Under the pieces are notes generated by a model. That model was not told where the DNA came from. It did not search any database and worked only from the letters and a program-made list of their open reading frames with translations. Positions 22,612-33,800 of a stretch of DNA of 64,000 bases are shown in pieces. The position numbers and the translations under genes were made by a program. The DNA comes from Prasinococcaceae sp. CCMP 1430 (Eukaryota; Plantae; Prasinodermophyta). Each line of letters opens with the position of its first letter. The stretch's first letter is position 1. Location: assembly GCA_013416795.1 (NCBI GenBank), contig RQSC01000015.1, positions 679,218-743,217 of the forward strand, read 5' to 3'.

Positions 22612-23038
22612 CCCTACAAGCGGGAGGACTCCCCCCGGTTCCGTCCGCCCCGTCGCCCCGCGCGCTCTCCCGCCCGCACCCGACCTCGCACGAGAGAGCC
22701 GCCGCACCCGCACCTGCGCGCGGCGATCCCACCCCCCTTCCCCCCTCCGCCCCGCGCCGCTGCCGCGCACGATCGCCCGCGCTCGCTCCCCCCTCGCGAT
22801 CCGATGCGCCCGCTCCCCGCGCCCCCCGCACGCGCGCGCTGTGGCGCAACGCGGCCGCGCGCCCGCCAGAGTGGCGCGCGCACTTGCCGCCAAAAAAAAA
22901 AATCGTCTCCAGAACTCCGACGAAAAACGAGAGGAAAGTGAGATGGCATGGAAAATTCGACGGTATGCCGATATTTCGATGCCGCGTTCCGGGGCGCGCC
23001 GCCGTGGGGGCGCGTGCCCAGGGTCCTCAGGCACCCCT

Positions 23039-23047
23039 GGCGGGAAA
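23039..23047. promoter_or_regulatory. Candidate E2F site (GGCGGGAAA = TTTCCCGCC) upstream of RNR2; CACGTG at 23052-23057
   Basis: Exact E2F-type consensus about 430 nt upstream of the RNR2 ATG in the RNR2/NOG1 divergent region. R2 genes are established E2F targets in plants. Confidence 0.5.
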
Positions 23048-23597
23048 TTTGCACGTGGCGGGCGGAGCGGCGGTTGGCTTTGACGTGGCCCGGATAAGCT
23101 GCGATAAGCTGCGTTGCGCGCGCGTGCGTACGTGCCTACCACGCGCGTGCCCTGCCGCGCTCGCCCGTTTTTTTTTTCTGTTTTTGTTTTTGTGGCTGTT
23201 TTTGCCGTGGGCAGGGTACGCTGGGTCATGAGCCGCAATTTGGGGGTTCTGTTCGCGCGCGCTGGGCGACGCGCGCGGCCTGGCTGGGCCAATTCATTCT
23301 GGGTCTGCGTTTCGTTTTTTGTTGGTGTGGATCTTTTTCGATGGGAAATGCGCCCGAAACGATTTTTTTGGCCGCAGGGGTGGGCCGCCTCCCCGGGGCG
23401 GATTTCGGTGGTGGGCGCACCGCGGTTTTCCTGGTCTCCCGACAAGGAGCGTGTCGCGTTTTGCAGCGATTTCGGATCGCAGGGCGGCGCGTAGCCGCCG
23501 CAGCCGCCGGGGGAAGGGGGAGGGGGACGAGCGGCGGCCGCCGAGAGCGCGGCGCGGCGCCTGGGCGCACTGGGTGTGGAGGAGTGTGTTGGTGGGT

Positions 23598-23600
<3 letters not shown>

Positions 23601-23642
<42 letters not shown>
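23601..23642. repeat. (TG)21 microsatellite upstream of NOG1
   Basis: Perfect TG dinucleotide run about 75 nt before the NOG1 ATG. Confidence 0.95.
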
Positions 23643-23644
<2 letters not shown>

Positions 23645-23716
23645 CGGCGCGGCGCGGCGCTCTCCCTCGCGTGCGGCGTTCCGCTCCGCGGGCGGCGCCT
23701 TCGACGGGCCGCCGCC

Positions 23717-25777
23717 ATGGCGTCCTCCGCCAATCACAACTTCAAGGCCATGACGCCCGTGCCGACGGCGAAGGACTTCATCGACCTCGTCCTCTCGCGC
23801 ACGCAGCGCCAGACGCCGACCGTCGTGCACCCGGGCTACAAGATCACGCGCATTCGCGCGTTCTACATGCGCAAGGTGAAGTTCACCCAGCAGACTTGGC
23901 ACGACAAGCTCTCCAAGATCCTCGAGGACTTCCCGCGCGTCGAGGACATCCACCCGTTCTATGCCGACCTGCTCAACGTGCTGTACGACCGCGACCACTA
24001 CAAGCTCGCGCTGGGCCACGTGAACATGGCGCGCAACCTCATCTCCAAGGTGGCAAAGGACTACGTGCGGCTGCTCAAGTACGGCGACTCGCTGTACCGC
24101 TGCAAGATGCTCAAGCGCGCCGCGCTGGGCCGCATGGCCACCGTCATGAAGCGCCAGGGCCCATCGCTGCAGTACCTCGAGCAGGTGCGCCAGCACATGG
24201 GTCGCCTGCCGTCCATCGACCCCAACACGCGCACGCTGCTGCTCACGGGCTTCCCCAACGTGGGCAAGTCGTCCTTCATGAACAAGGTCACGCGCGCGGA
24301 CGTCGAGGTGCAGCCGTACGCCTTCACCACCAAGTCGCTCTACGTGGGGCACATGGACTACAAGTACCTGCGATGGCAGGTCATCGACACGCCGGGCATC
24401 CTCGACCACGCGCTGGAGCAGCGCAACACCATCGAGATGCAGGCGGTGACCGCGCTGGCGCACCTGCGCGCGGCCGTGCTCTACGTGGTGGACATCTCCG
24501 AGCAGTGCGGATACACGCTGGAGCAGCAGGCGAGCCTCTTCCACTCCATCAAGCCGCTCTTCCTGAACAAGCCGCTGCTGGTGGTGTGCAACAAGACCGA
24601 CGCGCGGGCGTGGGAGGACCTCGAGCCGGAGCAGGTGGAGCTCATCAACGAGATGCGCGCGGTGGCCGACCCCGACGCCGTGGCCGCCGGCGAGCCGCCC
24701 ATGACGATGAGCACCGTCAGCGAGCAGGGCGTCATGGAGGTCAAACAGCGCGCGTGCGAGCGCCTGCTCGCCGCGCGCGTCGAGGCCAAGATGCGTGGCA
24801 ACAAGATCGAGGGCTTCCTCAACCGCGTGCACGTCGCCCAGCCCAAACCGCGCGCGGCGGGCGCGGGCGCGCGCCCCGCGCAGATCCCGGCGAGCGTGCT
24901 GGCGGAGCACGCCCTGCCCGCAGCGCAGGCCGAGGCGCTGCGCGCGAGCCGCCGCACGGAGAAGGACCTGCAGGAGGAGAAGGGCGGCGCGGGCGCGTAC
25001 TCGATGGACTGGCGCAAGAAGTACCTCCTGGAGGACTCCGAGTGGAAGCACGACAACATCCCGGAGATTGTCGACGGCCACAACGTCGCCGATTTCGTCG
25101 ACCCGGACATCGAGGCGCGCCTGGAGGAGCTCGAGCGCGAGGAGGAGGCGGCGGAGGCGGCCGCCGCGGCGGCGATGGAGGAGGACGAGGACGACCGCGC
25201 GAAGCGACTCGACGCGGGCGAGGCGCAGCTGCTGGGCAAGATCCGCAAGAAGAAGGCGGTGGTGAAGCAGCACTCGCGGCGCGAGAAGGTGGCCGGGCAG
25301 CACCGCCAGCCGATGCCGCGCACCGCGCAGGCGGCGCGCGCGCCGGGCAAGACGGCCGAGACGATGGCAGATGCGCTGGCAGAGATCGGCATCGACCCCA
25401 GCAGGGCAGTGGAGCGCGTGCGCTCGCGCTCCAGGGCGCGCGAGGACACGCGCGGGCGCAAGCGCGAGCGCAGCTCCTCAGCAGCTGCGGCCGCGTACGA
25501 CGCCATGGACGCCGACGACCCGTCGAAGAAGCTTCGCGCGGCGTCGCGGGCGCGCTCGGCATCGCGGGCGCGCGGCGCCAGCCAGACACCCGAGCCGAGG
25601 GCAGTGGGTCTCAAGGACACGGCCATGCAGGAGGCCGCTCGCAAGAAGATGAAGAAGATGCAGAAGAGGATGAACAAGCAGGCGAAGATCGGCGAGGCGG
25701 ACCGCGTGATACAGACGAAGATGCCCAAGCACCTGTTCAGCGGGAAAATGTCCAACGGCACGAGGGACAGGCGGTAG
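23717..25777 (+). CDS. NOG1: Nucleolar GTP-binding protein 1
   Basis: [31 protein letters not shown]; G1 GFPNVGKSS; QPYAFTTKS; DTPGILD; NKTD; C-terminal [20 protein letters not shown]. Confidence 0.97.
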   Translation: MASSANHNFKAMTPVPTAKDFIDLVLSRTQRQTPTVVHPGYKITRIRAFYMRKVKFTQQTWHDKLSKILEDFPRVEDIHPFYADLLNVLYDRDHYKLALGHVNMARNLISKVAKDYVRLLKYGDSLYRCKMLKRAALGRMATVMKRQGPSLQYLEQVRQHMGRLPSIDPNTRTLLLTGFPNVGKSSFMNKVTRADVEVQPYAFTTKSLYVGHMDYKYLRWQVIDTPGILDHALEQRNTIEMQAVTALAHLRAAVLYVVDISEQCGYTLEQQASLFHSIKPLFLNKPLLVVCNKTDARAWEDLEPEQVELINEMRAVADPDAVAAGEPPMTMSTVSEQGVMEVKQRACERLLAARVEAKMRGNKIEGFLNRVHVAQPKPRAAGAGARPAQIPASVLAEHALPAAQAEALRASRRTEKDLQEEKGGAGAYSMDWRKKYLLEDSEWKHDNIPEIVDGHNVADFVDPDIEARLEELEREEEAAEAAAAAAMEEDEDDRAKRLDAGEAQLLGKIRKKKAVVKQHSRREKVAGQHRQPMPRTAQAARAPGKTAETMADALAEIGIDPSRAVERVRSRSRAREDTRGRKRERSSSAAAAAYDAMDADDPSKKLRAASRARSASRARGASQTPEPRAVGLKDTAMQEAARKKMKKMQKRMNKQAKIGEADRVIQTKMPKHLFSGKMSNGTRDRR

Positions 25778-26017
25778 AGTCGAAAGGTCTCCACCGTCGT
25801 ACAGATCGGCGGGCGGCATTGACGCCGTCGCCCCCAACGCCGCTCACGCCTCCACCCACCCAACCCGACCCGGTCGCGCGTTCGCGTCTGCCCAATGGCC
25901 ATTTCCCGGCGAGCGCACGCGCCGCGCTCGCGGCCGCGTCACTATTGTTCTGTACCATAAGTCATGTGAAAACGCACTACTACCACTGCGAGGGCGTCGC
26001 TCATGTGCTATGATCCC

Positions 26018-27274
26018 CTACGGAAGCAGCGTCGTCAGGCTCGCCCCCTCGTGGCGCTCGAACGCGAGCGCGCCCTCGGGCCCGACGTCCGTGCACTCGG
26101 CGCAGCCGACGTGCGGCGTGCCGTCGGCGCCCCAGCCCGTGAAGTAGAGCCTGGGAGTGCCCCCGGGCACGTCGACGAAGCACGGCATGCCCACGCCGGC
26201 GGAGTCCCATGCGCCGTCGGCCGCCTCGAGCACGGGCGCGGCGCCGCGGCGCCAGTTGATGCCGTCGGGCGACCAGGCCACGCCAATGGACGCCTTCCAG
26301 TCCGCGTCGCGCGCCTCGTAGAACATGAGGTAGCTGCCGTCGTCGGCCGCCGGGTTTGGCACCACCTGCACGTACGCGGCGCCGCGCTCGTCGAACGCGC
26401 CCTCCGCGCCCGCACCGATCTTGGCGCCGCAGCCAGGCGCGTCACGCTCCCACGCCATGCCGTCGCGCGAGCGCGCCATGCCGACGGTGAAGGCGCCGGC
26501 TTCGCGGTCGAAGGTGTGGTAGTATAGCCGCACATCTCCCTCGGCGGCGAAGGCCACGCTCGGTGCCGAAGCGCCGTGCGCGTCCCACGCGCCCTCACCA
26601 CGCTCCGTCCCGCAGAAGAAGGCGCCCGTGTGGTGCTCGCCCTCGATGCGCGCCCACGTCATGCCGCCGTCCTGAGAGATGGCGAGTCCCATGCGGCTGC
26701 GCAGTCCGCGGACCATCTCGGTCCCGTCCTCGCCCTCGCCGGCACCCGCACCGCTCGCTCCCGCGGCATCGCCCTCAACCAGTGCACCACTCGGCAGCGG
26801 CGCGGTCTTCTCAAAGTCCCCGCCGCTGTAGTACATCCAGATGTTGGTGATGCCGCCCTCGGCGCTGTCGTCCTCGAAGACCTTGACGTCGGACGGCAGC
26901 ACGTGCGCGCAGTCGAAGGACCACCACTCGCCCTCGTTGCGTTCCATGATGCGCCCCCCGGCGCCCGCGCGCTCGAGGTTTCCCCTCTCAATCGAGCTCG
27001 AGCCGCGCTCCCACACGAGGCCGTTGCGCGAGGTGGCGACGCCAGCCGCGCCGCCGCGCAGGCCCGCCGCGAGCTCGCCCCACACGGGGTCGGCGCCCTC
27101 CTGTGCGCTCAGCGAGCGCGCGTCGGCGCCACCGTACCACATGATCCATCGCTCCTCGCCCTCGCTCGCGAAGCGCCGCACGATGGGCTTGCACACGCCA
27201 TCGACGTCCCACGTGCCCTCGCCGCCCGCGCGCAGCACGCGGCCGCATTCGGAGACGTCCGCCGACGCCTCGGC
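26018..27274 (-). CDS. GH43/GH32-like five-bladed beta-propeller protein; native N-terminus missing (replaced by a bacterial sequence)
   Basis: Repeated blades WD..GV..P.V / MYY.G / G.A.S.DG..W ([56 protein letters not shown]). Confidence 0.75.
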   Translation of the reverse strand, partial: AEASADVSECGRVLRAGGEGTWDVDGVCKPIVRRFASEGEERWIMWYGGADARSLSAQEGADPVWGELAAGLRGGAAGVATSRNGLVWERGSSSIERGNLERAGAGGRIMERNEGEWWSFDCAHVLPSDVKVFEDDSAEGGITNIWMYYSGGDFEKTAPLPSGALVEGDAAGASGAGAGEGEDGTEMVRGLRSRMGLAISQDGGMTWARIEGEHHTGAFFCGTERGEGAWDAHGASAPSVAFAAEGDVRLYYHTFDREAGAFTVGMARSRDGMAWERDAPGCGAKIGAGAEGAFDERGAAYVQVVPNPAADDGSYLMFYEARDADWKASIGVAWSPDGINWRRGAAPVLEAADGAWDSAGVGMPCFVDVPGGTPRLYFTGWGADGTPHVGCAECTDVGPEGALAFERHEGASLTTLLP

Positions 27275-27546
27275 GGCGCGCGCATTGGGCGCGCCGCAGA
27301 CCACCTGCAGAACACCTTCGCCCGTATCGACGGTCAGCACCTGCAGCTTGTCCGCCTGGGGATGCCGCTCGGCGGTCAGCACCTTGGCGACGCGGAAGCC
27401 GTTCAGCTTCTCGCCCGGATTCTCCACGCCTTCCACTTCGAGGCCGACGCGGGTCAGCGCCTCCTCGATGTCGGTCAGCGAGGCCGTCGTATCGAGATGC
27501 TCCTTGAGCCAGCTCAGGGTGAACTTCATGCGCCCACTCCCCCGCT
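27275..27546 (-). other. pheT: Alphaproteobacterial (sphingomonad-like) pheS 3' end and pheT 5' fragment; probable contaminant chimera
   Basis: [35 protein letters not shown]...[32 protein letters not shown] is the PheT N-terminus. Upstream SGGVGA-stop overlaps its ATG (ATGA). Bounded by a single N at 27547. Confidence 0.85.
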
Positions 27547-27774
27547 NGGTTGCCTTGGCAAAGCGAAGGTTCGAACGAACGAATGGGACCCTGGGCGCGC
27601 GCTGTTTAGGGTAATGTAAGAGGGTTTATAGCCTGTTTTTGAACCTGGTGCTGGGGAAGGGGGGGGAAGAGAGGGGGGGGGAAGGAGTGGAGTGGCGGGG
27701 TGGTCACTTCGAGGACTAGAGGCAGGGCCTCGCGCGGCGGCGCGCGGTGCGCGCCGCCGCTGGGCGACTGGGGG

Positions 27775-29346
27775 ATGGCGAGCGCGGGCGCGGACCCCGC
27801 GGCGGCGGCCGCACAGGACGACACGTCGCTGGTCGAGGAGCTCGTGCGGCTGCGGCAGGAGTCGCGCGAGCGCCGCGCGCTCGTGGCGGGGCTGCGAACC
27901 GAGCGCGATCGCCTGCGCTCGCAAAACGCCGCCCTGGAGGAGGAGGCGCTGCGCGCGGCCGCCACGGCCGCCCGCGCGCCCGCGCTGGAGTCGGCGCTCT
28001 CCGATGCCGAACAGAAGCTCGCAGTGGCGCAGTCGGAGTTGGCTGCCTCCAACCTCGCGTGCCTCGAGCTCGAGGAGCGCGCCGTGGCCGCAGAGGACGC
28101 GCTGAAAATCGCCAAGGAGCAGGCCGAGGGTGGCGAGGCCGCGGCGAGCGGAGCGCAGTCGCAGCTCCGTGCGGAGCGCGAACGCGCGTCGCGGGAGGTC
28201 AGGCTCGCAGAGGCGCGCGCGTCGGAGGCCGAAGAGGAGCAGCTGCGCGCGGAGCATGAGATCCACATGCTCAAGGAGGAGCTCGCGAAACACCAGGCCG
28301 AGGCGCGCGCGAATGGGCACGGTGACGAAGAGGGCGCAGGTGTTGAAGGCGCCGGCGCCGGCGCGAGTGCCCAAGCGGCGCTCGAGGCAAACGCACTGAG
28401 ATCAGAGGTACTGGAGGCGCGGGCCGAGGCGGAGAGGGCGCGGCAGGAGGCGCGCCTGGCAAGGGATCAGCACCAGGAGACGGCGCAGCAGCTGCAGGAG
28501 CTACAGCAGGCGCCACAGCTGTCAGGCCAGCGCGGCCAGAGCGACGCTCGAGCGCGCGAGGCCGACGCGCGGCACGCGGACGAGATCGCACGGCTACGCG
28601 CTGAGCTGCAGCGAACTCAGACGGCGCTGGCGGAGCAGAAAGACACAGAGGACGCGGCGGCGGGGGGAGTGCATGCCCAGCACCCGTCCCAGACGCAGTC
28701 AAAGCAGCAGCAAGGGCAGCAGCAGCTGGCCGATCAGCAGCCTCGCGCCCAGGAGGTCGCTCTGGGCGAGACCGCCGCCTCTTTGGAGGCCGCGCGTGAC
28801 AGGCTGCTAGCCGAGGTGGAAGCGCAGGGCCACGAGATTGAGCGGCTGTACTCCGAGAACGTGTCCCTGACAGAAGGCCTCGAGCAGAGCGCCGAGGTCG
28901 CAGCGGCATGGGAGGGGCAAGTGCGCTCGTGCTTGGCGCAGATTGAGTCGCTCAAGAGCATGCTCGCGGAGCAGGCGGAGGCCGCAGCCGAGGAGGCACG
29001 GACGCAGCAGGAGCAGGCCGCCTTGCTGGCAACAGACGGAAACGGGGTCGCCGGCGCTACAGCCGATGTCGTACATGCAGACACCAGCGTTGGTGGCGTG
29101 GACTCCGCGGGTGCTACCATCTCTGCCGCTGCTGCCGCTGCCCAGACGCAGGCGCAGGTCGCGCGCTCGACTGCCGCTGTCGAGACAGAGCGAGCGGCGC
29201 GAGCGGCTGCTGAGGCGGCCCTTGCGCGGGCTCGCGCAGATATGACCAAGGCCGTGGCGACTGCAGATGCGCTGTCGCGCTCATACGAGCCCATGCTCGC
29301 TGCGATCGACCACAGGCTCTCGGCCGCGCTCGCGAATGGAGCCTAG
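27775..29346 (+). CDS. Coiled-coil (myosin-heavy-chain-related-like) protein
   Basis: 523-aa heptad-rich ORF. Segment LLAEVEAQGHEIERLYSENVSL...WEGQVRSCLAQIESLK resembles a conserved plant coiled-coil family (from memory, not searched). Confidence 0.7.
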   Translation: MASAGADPAAAAAQDDTSLVEELVRLRQESRERRALVAGLRTERDRLRSQNAALEEEALRAAATAARAPALESALSDAEQKLAVAQSELAASNLACLELEERAVAAEDALKIAKEQAEGGEAAASGAQSQLRAERERASREVRLAEARASEAEEEQLRAEHEIHMLKEELAKHQAEARANGHGDEEGAGVEGAGAGASAQAALEANALRSEVLEARAEAERARQEARLARDQHQETAQQLQELQQAPQLSGQRGQSDARAREADARHADEIARLRAELQRTQTALAEQKDTEDAAAGGVHAQHPSQTQSKQQQGQQQLADQQPRAQEVALGETAASLEAARDRLLAEVEAQGHEIERLYSENVSLTEGLEQSAEVAAAWEGQVRSCLAQIESLKSMLAEQAEAAAEEARTQQEQAALLATDGNGVAGATADVVHADTSVGGVDSAGATISAAAAAAQTQAQVARSTAAVETERAARAAAEAALARARADMTKAVATADALSRSYEPMLAAIDHRLSAALANGA

Positions 29347-29484
29347 CGAGCGGGCGAGGGGAGGGATTCTAGCTAGCTAGAAAGTCGCGGTAGAGTAGAG
29401 GATAGTGCCAAGCGAGAGGCTTGCTCGTCGAGCGTGCTGACATTGATATCGTTCAAATTTATAAAAGGCACGCGCCACGTGGCC

Positions 29485-30417
29485 TCAGAGCGGGTCGTAG
29501 TCGGGCACGTCTGCGCGCTGGAAGCTCTCGACGGCGAAGACAGCAACGCCCAGCGTCGCCACGAGCAGCGCGTCTGCCATCCGCTGCCACCCCTCGAGAT
29601 CCGAAGCGTCGGCGACGGCGACGCCAAGCGCGCCGTCAGCGTGCGCGTCCAGCGCAGCCGCGAGGCGGCGCTCGTCATGCGCCATGAGCTCCTGCGTAGT
29701 CTCAGCGTCGAGCGGAGGAACCAGCGGTCCGGGCCCGCGCTCGCCTCTGGCCGCGCGCCGCACAGCCTCGGCGCCGAGCGGAGCGAACTCGGCGAGCATG
29801 CGCACTGTGGGCGCGTAGTCCGCGCGCGCGCTCGCGGGTTGAACGAAGGCAAGCGCGTGCTCACGCGCCTCAGCGTCGAGACAGACGACCAGTTCGTGGG
29901 CGTCGAGGTCTCCCACCACTGCGGGGTGAAGCACGTTGCTGAGCAGGTCCTGCCGCGCGCGCGGCGGGTGCCAGAGCATGCGCGGCCGCGCGAGCACGCA
30001 GCGCGCGTCCACACCCAGCCGCGAGGCCTCGCCCAGCAGGGCCGCGCGGCACAGCGCCGCCTCGGGCGAGTCATCCGCGAGCGACTCACAATCGTCGCCG
30101 TCCCCACTGCTCGCCACCGACGAGGTGCCGTCCATGGTGGGTCTCGGCGGCACACCGCACGCGTGCGCTATCAGCACGTTGCCGTACGACAGCCAGTCGG
30201 CCGCGCGGTGCAGCAGGCCCTCGGCGAGGCGGGCACGCACGCCGTGCGCACCTGCCTCAACGATTAGCACCTGCGCGTGGTGCCGCGACCAGTCGATGAC
30301 GCAGTCATCGAGCGGCGACGCTGCGACACCGCGGCACCCACGCCGCCGCGGTGGGCGCGCGCCGCCGCTGGTGCACGCTGGTGGTCCGCGCCGGCGCACG
30401 GTCTGCGCAGCGCGCAT
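29485..30417 (-). CDS. Hypothetical protein with a possible plastid transit peptide and weak LMW-phosphatase-like segment
   Basis: Protein-like frame from MRAAQTVRRR... to PDYDPL-stop. GDLDAHELVVCLDAEAREH is reminiscent of the LMW-PTP 'DLILAMD' strand, but no CX5R loop is seen. Start uncertain. Confidence 0.45.
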   Translation of the reverse strand: MRAAQTVRRRGPPACTSGGARPPRRRGCRGVAASPLDDCVIDWSRHHAQVLIVEAGAHGVRARLAEGLLHRAADWLSYGNVLIAHACGVPPRPTMDGTSSVASSGDGDDCESLADDSPEAALCRAALLGEASRLGVDARCVLARPRMLWHPPRARQDLLSNVLHPAVVGDLDAHELVVCLDAEAREHALAFVQPASARADYAPTVRMLAEFAPLGAEAVRRAARGERGPGPLVPPLDAETTQELMAHDERRLAAALDAHADGALGVAVADASDLEGWQRMADALLVATLGVAVFAVESFQRADVPDYDPL

Positions 30418-30836
30418 CGCGCGGTGCGGCACAGCACCGCGTGACTGGTGAGCACGGCGGCGCGCGCACCCACGCCCGGCGGCGGCTGCGCCGACGCTCA
30501 CACCTCGCTCACAGCGCACTCGCTGCGGGGGCGGAGTGGGCGGCGGCTCCGGGAGCGAAAGAAGAGGCCCAGGCCGCCCACCTCGGTGGCGCGCGAGCCG
30601 CTGCACCTGCGGGCGCCCACACGCGCACGTTGTGGAGCGCTGTCGTCGCCGCGCGGCGAAGTTGGCAATTTGCCACCTTTGCCGTCTTCCAGACGGGAAA
30701 GCGAAAAAACGGGGCCGTTCCGTTCCCCATCCGGGCAGGCGCTCGCATCCCGAGCCGAAAACCAGCCGACAAGGACAGCGCATGCATACAGTGCACATGT
30801 ACAGGATTATAGGGGGGCGGTGCGGGGCGTCGGCGC

Positions 30837-33800
30837 TCACTCTGCGCCCTCGCGCAGGTACAGTAGCACGCTGGGTTGCAGCTTGCCCTCTGCGAGCTTC
30901 CCGCGCAGCGCGGGCACGCCGCCCGGCAGGGGCGTGACGTTTGCGTCATCGAGCGCCACCCATTGCCCATCCTTTCGAGAGGACGAGGACGGCAGCGGTC
31001 AGCGATCGAGGGGCGACGTCTGAGCCTGGCGCACACATGTGGCGAGGCGTGACCCCGTGCATCGCCGCGGCACGCTCGCACCTTGCCGCGAACGAACGCA
31101 ACCCAGTGCTGCCCGTAGTACGCCATCACCGCCTGCAGCTTGCGGGGCGCCGCAGCGTGAATGCCAAAGACAGCCGCAAGATCAAGCTCCTCCTGCACGG
31201 CGAGCTCAGCCACGTGCGAGATCTCCTCCTTTGGCGGGCGCGCCGACTCCCAAGCGATGACAACCGCCAGCGTCTGCACGCAGCGGGCAACCCAGCCAGC
31301 AACGACGTGCATTGCACGCAATACGACGGAGCAGTGCGGTCACGTGCTGGCGTTAGCTCGCGAGACAAAGGCCGAGGCTGAGGCGCGCGCGCGCACGCGG
31401 GGCGCGCGCGAGCATTGCAGGCCAAGCGACGCTGCATATCGAGCGATCGCGCGCCGCTGCACGCACATCAGGCATGGACTGAAGCTTTCTCACGACAGTT
31501 TGCATGCTCCCACAGCCCTTCAGATCGGTGTCGCAAGGCTTCATGTCCGTGTCGACGCACTCCAGCAACTTCTCCAGCGGTGCAACTCCGTCCGGGAAGC
31601 CGTAGCACGCCATCCGGAGTGCGGTGGCCGACACCACATGCACGTGCTTCACGTAAGCGTGCTTCTGGGTGTCGAGATCACAGTGCTCACAGTGCACGTG
31701 CTCGTCGATGCGCAGGCCGAATACGTGGTCCACGAAATCATGGCCGGCTGTGGTCAGCGCGTCGAAAAGCTCCAGGAGCACCTCGGAAGCGTCGTTCATC
31801 TGCGACTCCTGAAAGAGCGCGCTGCCGGCAAAGACCTCCGCAAGCGCGACTCGAAGGGCCGAGGTGGACACGGCACCGCCACAAGAGCGTCCTGTAATGC
31901 TGTTCGCGGCGGCATCGTATTCCTTGAAGACGGAGCGCAGAGCGTGGACCAGGCGATCAGCCCGCGTATTGGCACCCGCACCCACGCCCGGAGCCTCGCC
32001 CACCTCGAGGAGCCCCCGGCGGAACGGAGGCAAATGCCAGAGACTCTGAATCACGGTGTTGAGGAAGCAGTTGTACTCGCCCGCATCATTCGTCAGGCCG
32101 GCAGTGCCAGCGACCAACCCGGGCCCCGCCGTGCACTCCACCGGCGAGCCTGGCGCGGCCTCGCCGCCCCCGAAGCTGGCCGCGCCGTGGTCGGGGTGGC
32201 GCGCGCGGAAAGAGCGCGGGTCCTGCTCGTCCCTCATGCTCTCCTCGAGCGCCTTGGCCATGTCACGCTCGAAGGCCTCGTCGATCAGGTCGCGCTCATC
32301 GGCAGCACTGACCTCCTGCTCTTCGTCTAGGCCAGGCCACATGGCTGAGTCGTCGAAGGGCGGCGGCGGAGGAGGCGATGCGCCGGAGCTACCGACACAG
32401 CTGGCCGCTGATAGCGCGGACACGGCGGGCGGCGCGTCTCGAGGCTCTTCGATGGCGTCGCCGGCGGGTTGTGCGAAAAGCATGTCCATCACACCTGCAT
32501 CGTCGTCGCCGCCGTCACCGCCCTCGTCGTCAGCAGCTGGTGCCGACTCTTCATCCTCCTCTGCGTCCAGCATGGCAGCAATGGAAGCTTCCTCAGCCTC
32601 GCGCAAATGTCGCAGCTCGAGCTCAGCAGCCATGGCACGCTCCTCCTTCTGCCGCGTGGCCTCCCTGGCAGACACCGCCTGGACTTCTTCCTCCATTCGT
32701 TTTTCCTCGGCCTCGAGCTCGGCGCGACGCCGAGCTAGGCTCGCTTCGTACTCGGCCGCGCGCTGCTCCTCGATCCGAGCTCTGACAGCGGCGCGCCTAG
32801 CCACCTCCTGCTTGGCCGCCTCCTGCGCCTGGCGCTCCGCGTCGCTCACTTGAGAGGTGCCTTCCACACGAGCCACACTCTGCTTGTGCTGCCGCTTCTT
32901 CCTCCTCTTATTTCGCTTGCCAGCCTTGGCGGAGGCACCGTCGTCCTCGGTGGCGGCTGCTCTGGCCTCTGCCCTTTTCTCCTCGGCCGACAAGAGCTCC
33001 GAGGCGGCCGCTTCAGCAAATACTCGCTTTTGCTCCTCGTCCTGAGCCTTGCGAGCTCTCGCCTCTTCCGCTGCGCGCGCCTGGGCCTCTTTTTGTTCTT
33101 GCTCGAGCCGCGATTTGTGCCACGCGGTCACAGGCGCGCTCACTGCATCGAAGACGCAACAAGCGAGCGCAATGTCCAGGTGAGAATAATAGGTCTGTCC
33201 AATGGCCTCTACCAGCTCTCTCCTCGCCCATCTCGCAGCAGAGGCCAGATGTCTTGCCTCGTTCATGCGGAATGCCTCTTGCTCCTCGGCCGACATCCCG
33301 GCCACGCATGCATTCGGTGTGTGCACACAATCCTTAAAGCGCACGGTTGCAGCGATGACGGCACGGGCTTTCTCACGCACAGGCTGTTGCGTGTCACCGT
33401 CCCAGACCCCCTCTTCCAGCCGCCCCCTGACGAGCGTCGCCTTGAGCGCTTCCCACGTGCCCGCTGCGCTGTTCGAAGCGCCCCTCAAGTAAGCGTCACC
33501 GAACGCAATTAGCCATTCACGCACGTCGTTCAACCCGAGCGTGAGATCACCATTCCAGAAGTATGACGTAACGAAGAAGCTCCCCACTCCCGTCAGGTCG
33601 TCGAGTTCGTCGGGGCGAGTGTCGTCAGCGGCCACGATCTCGTCCTGAACATGAAAGTTGTGTGCTAGCCATTGTGCGAGCACGCCATTGCTGTGATGAC
33701 CGAGCTCAGACAGACCGGTACCATATGTGTGTGCGAGCGCTGCATGAACGGCAGCCAACAGGGCTCCCTGAGACACGGCCGCGGAGGGAGGTGCATCGGA

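Noticed and set aside
22612-23733. Extended RNR2 (799 aa) and NOG1 (733 aa) N-termini
   Set aside because: They read through the microsatellite (THTHTH / CVCVCV) and A/T tracts of the shared promoter.
26018-27529. Calling the 503-aa ORF a phenylalanyl-tRNA synthetase beta subunit
   Set aside because: Only the first ~85 aa are PheT. The remainder is an unrelated beta-propeller.
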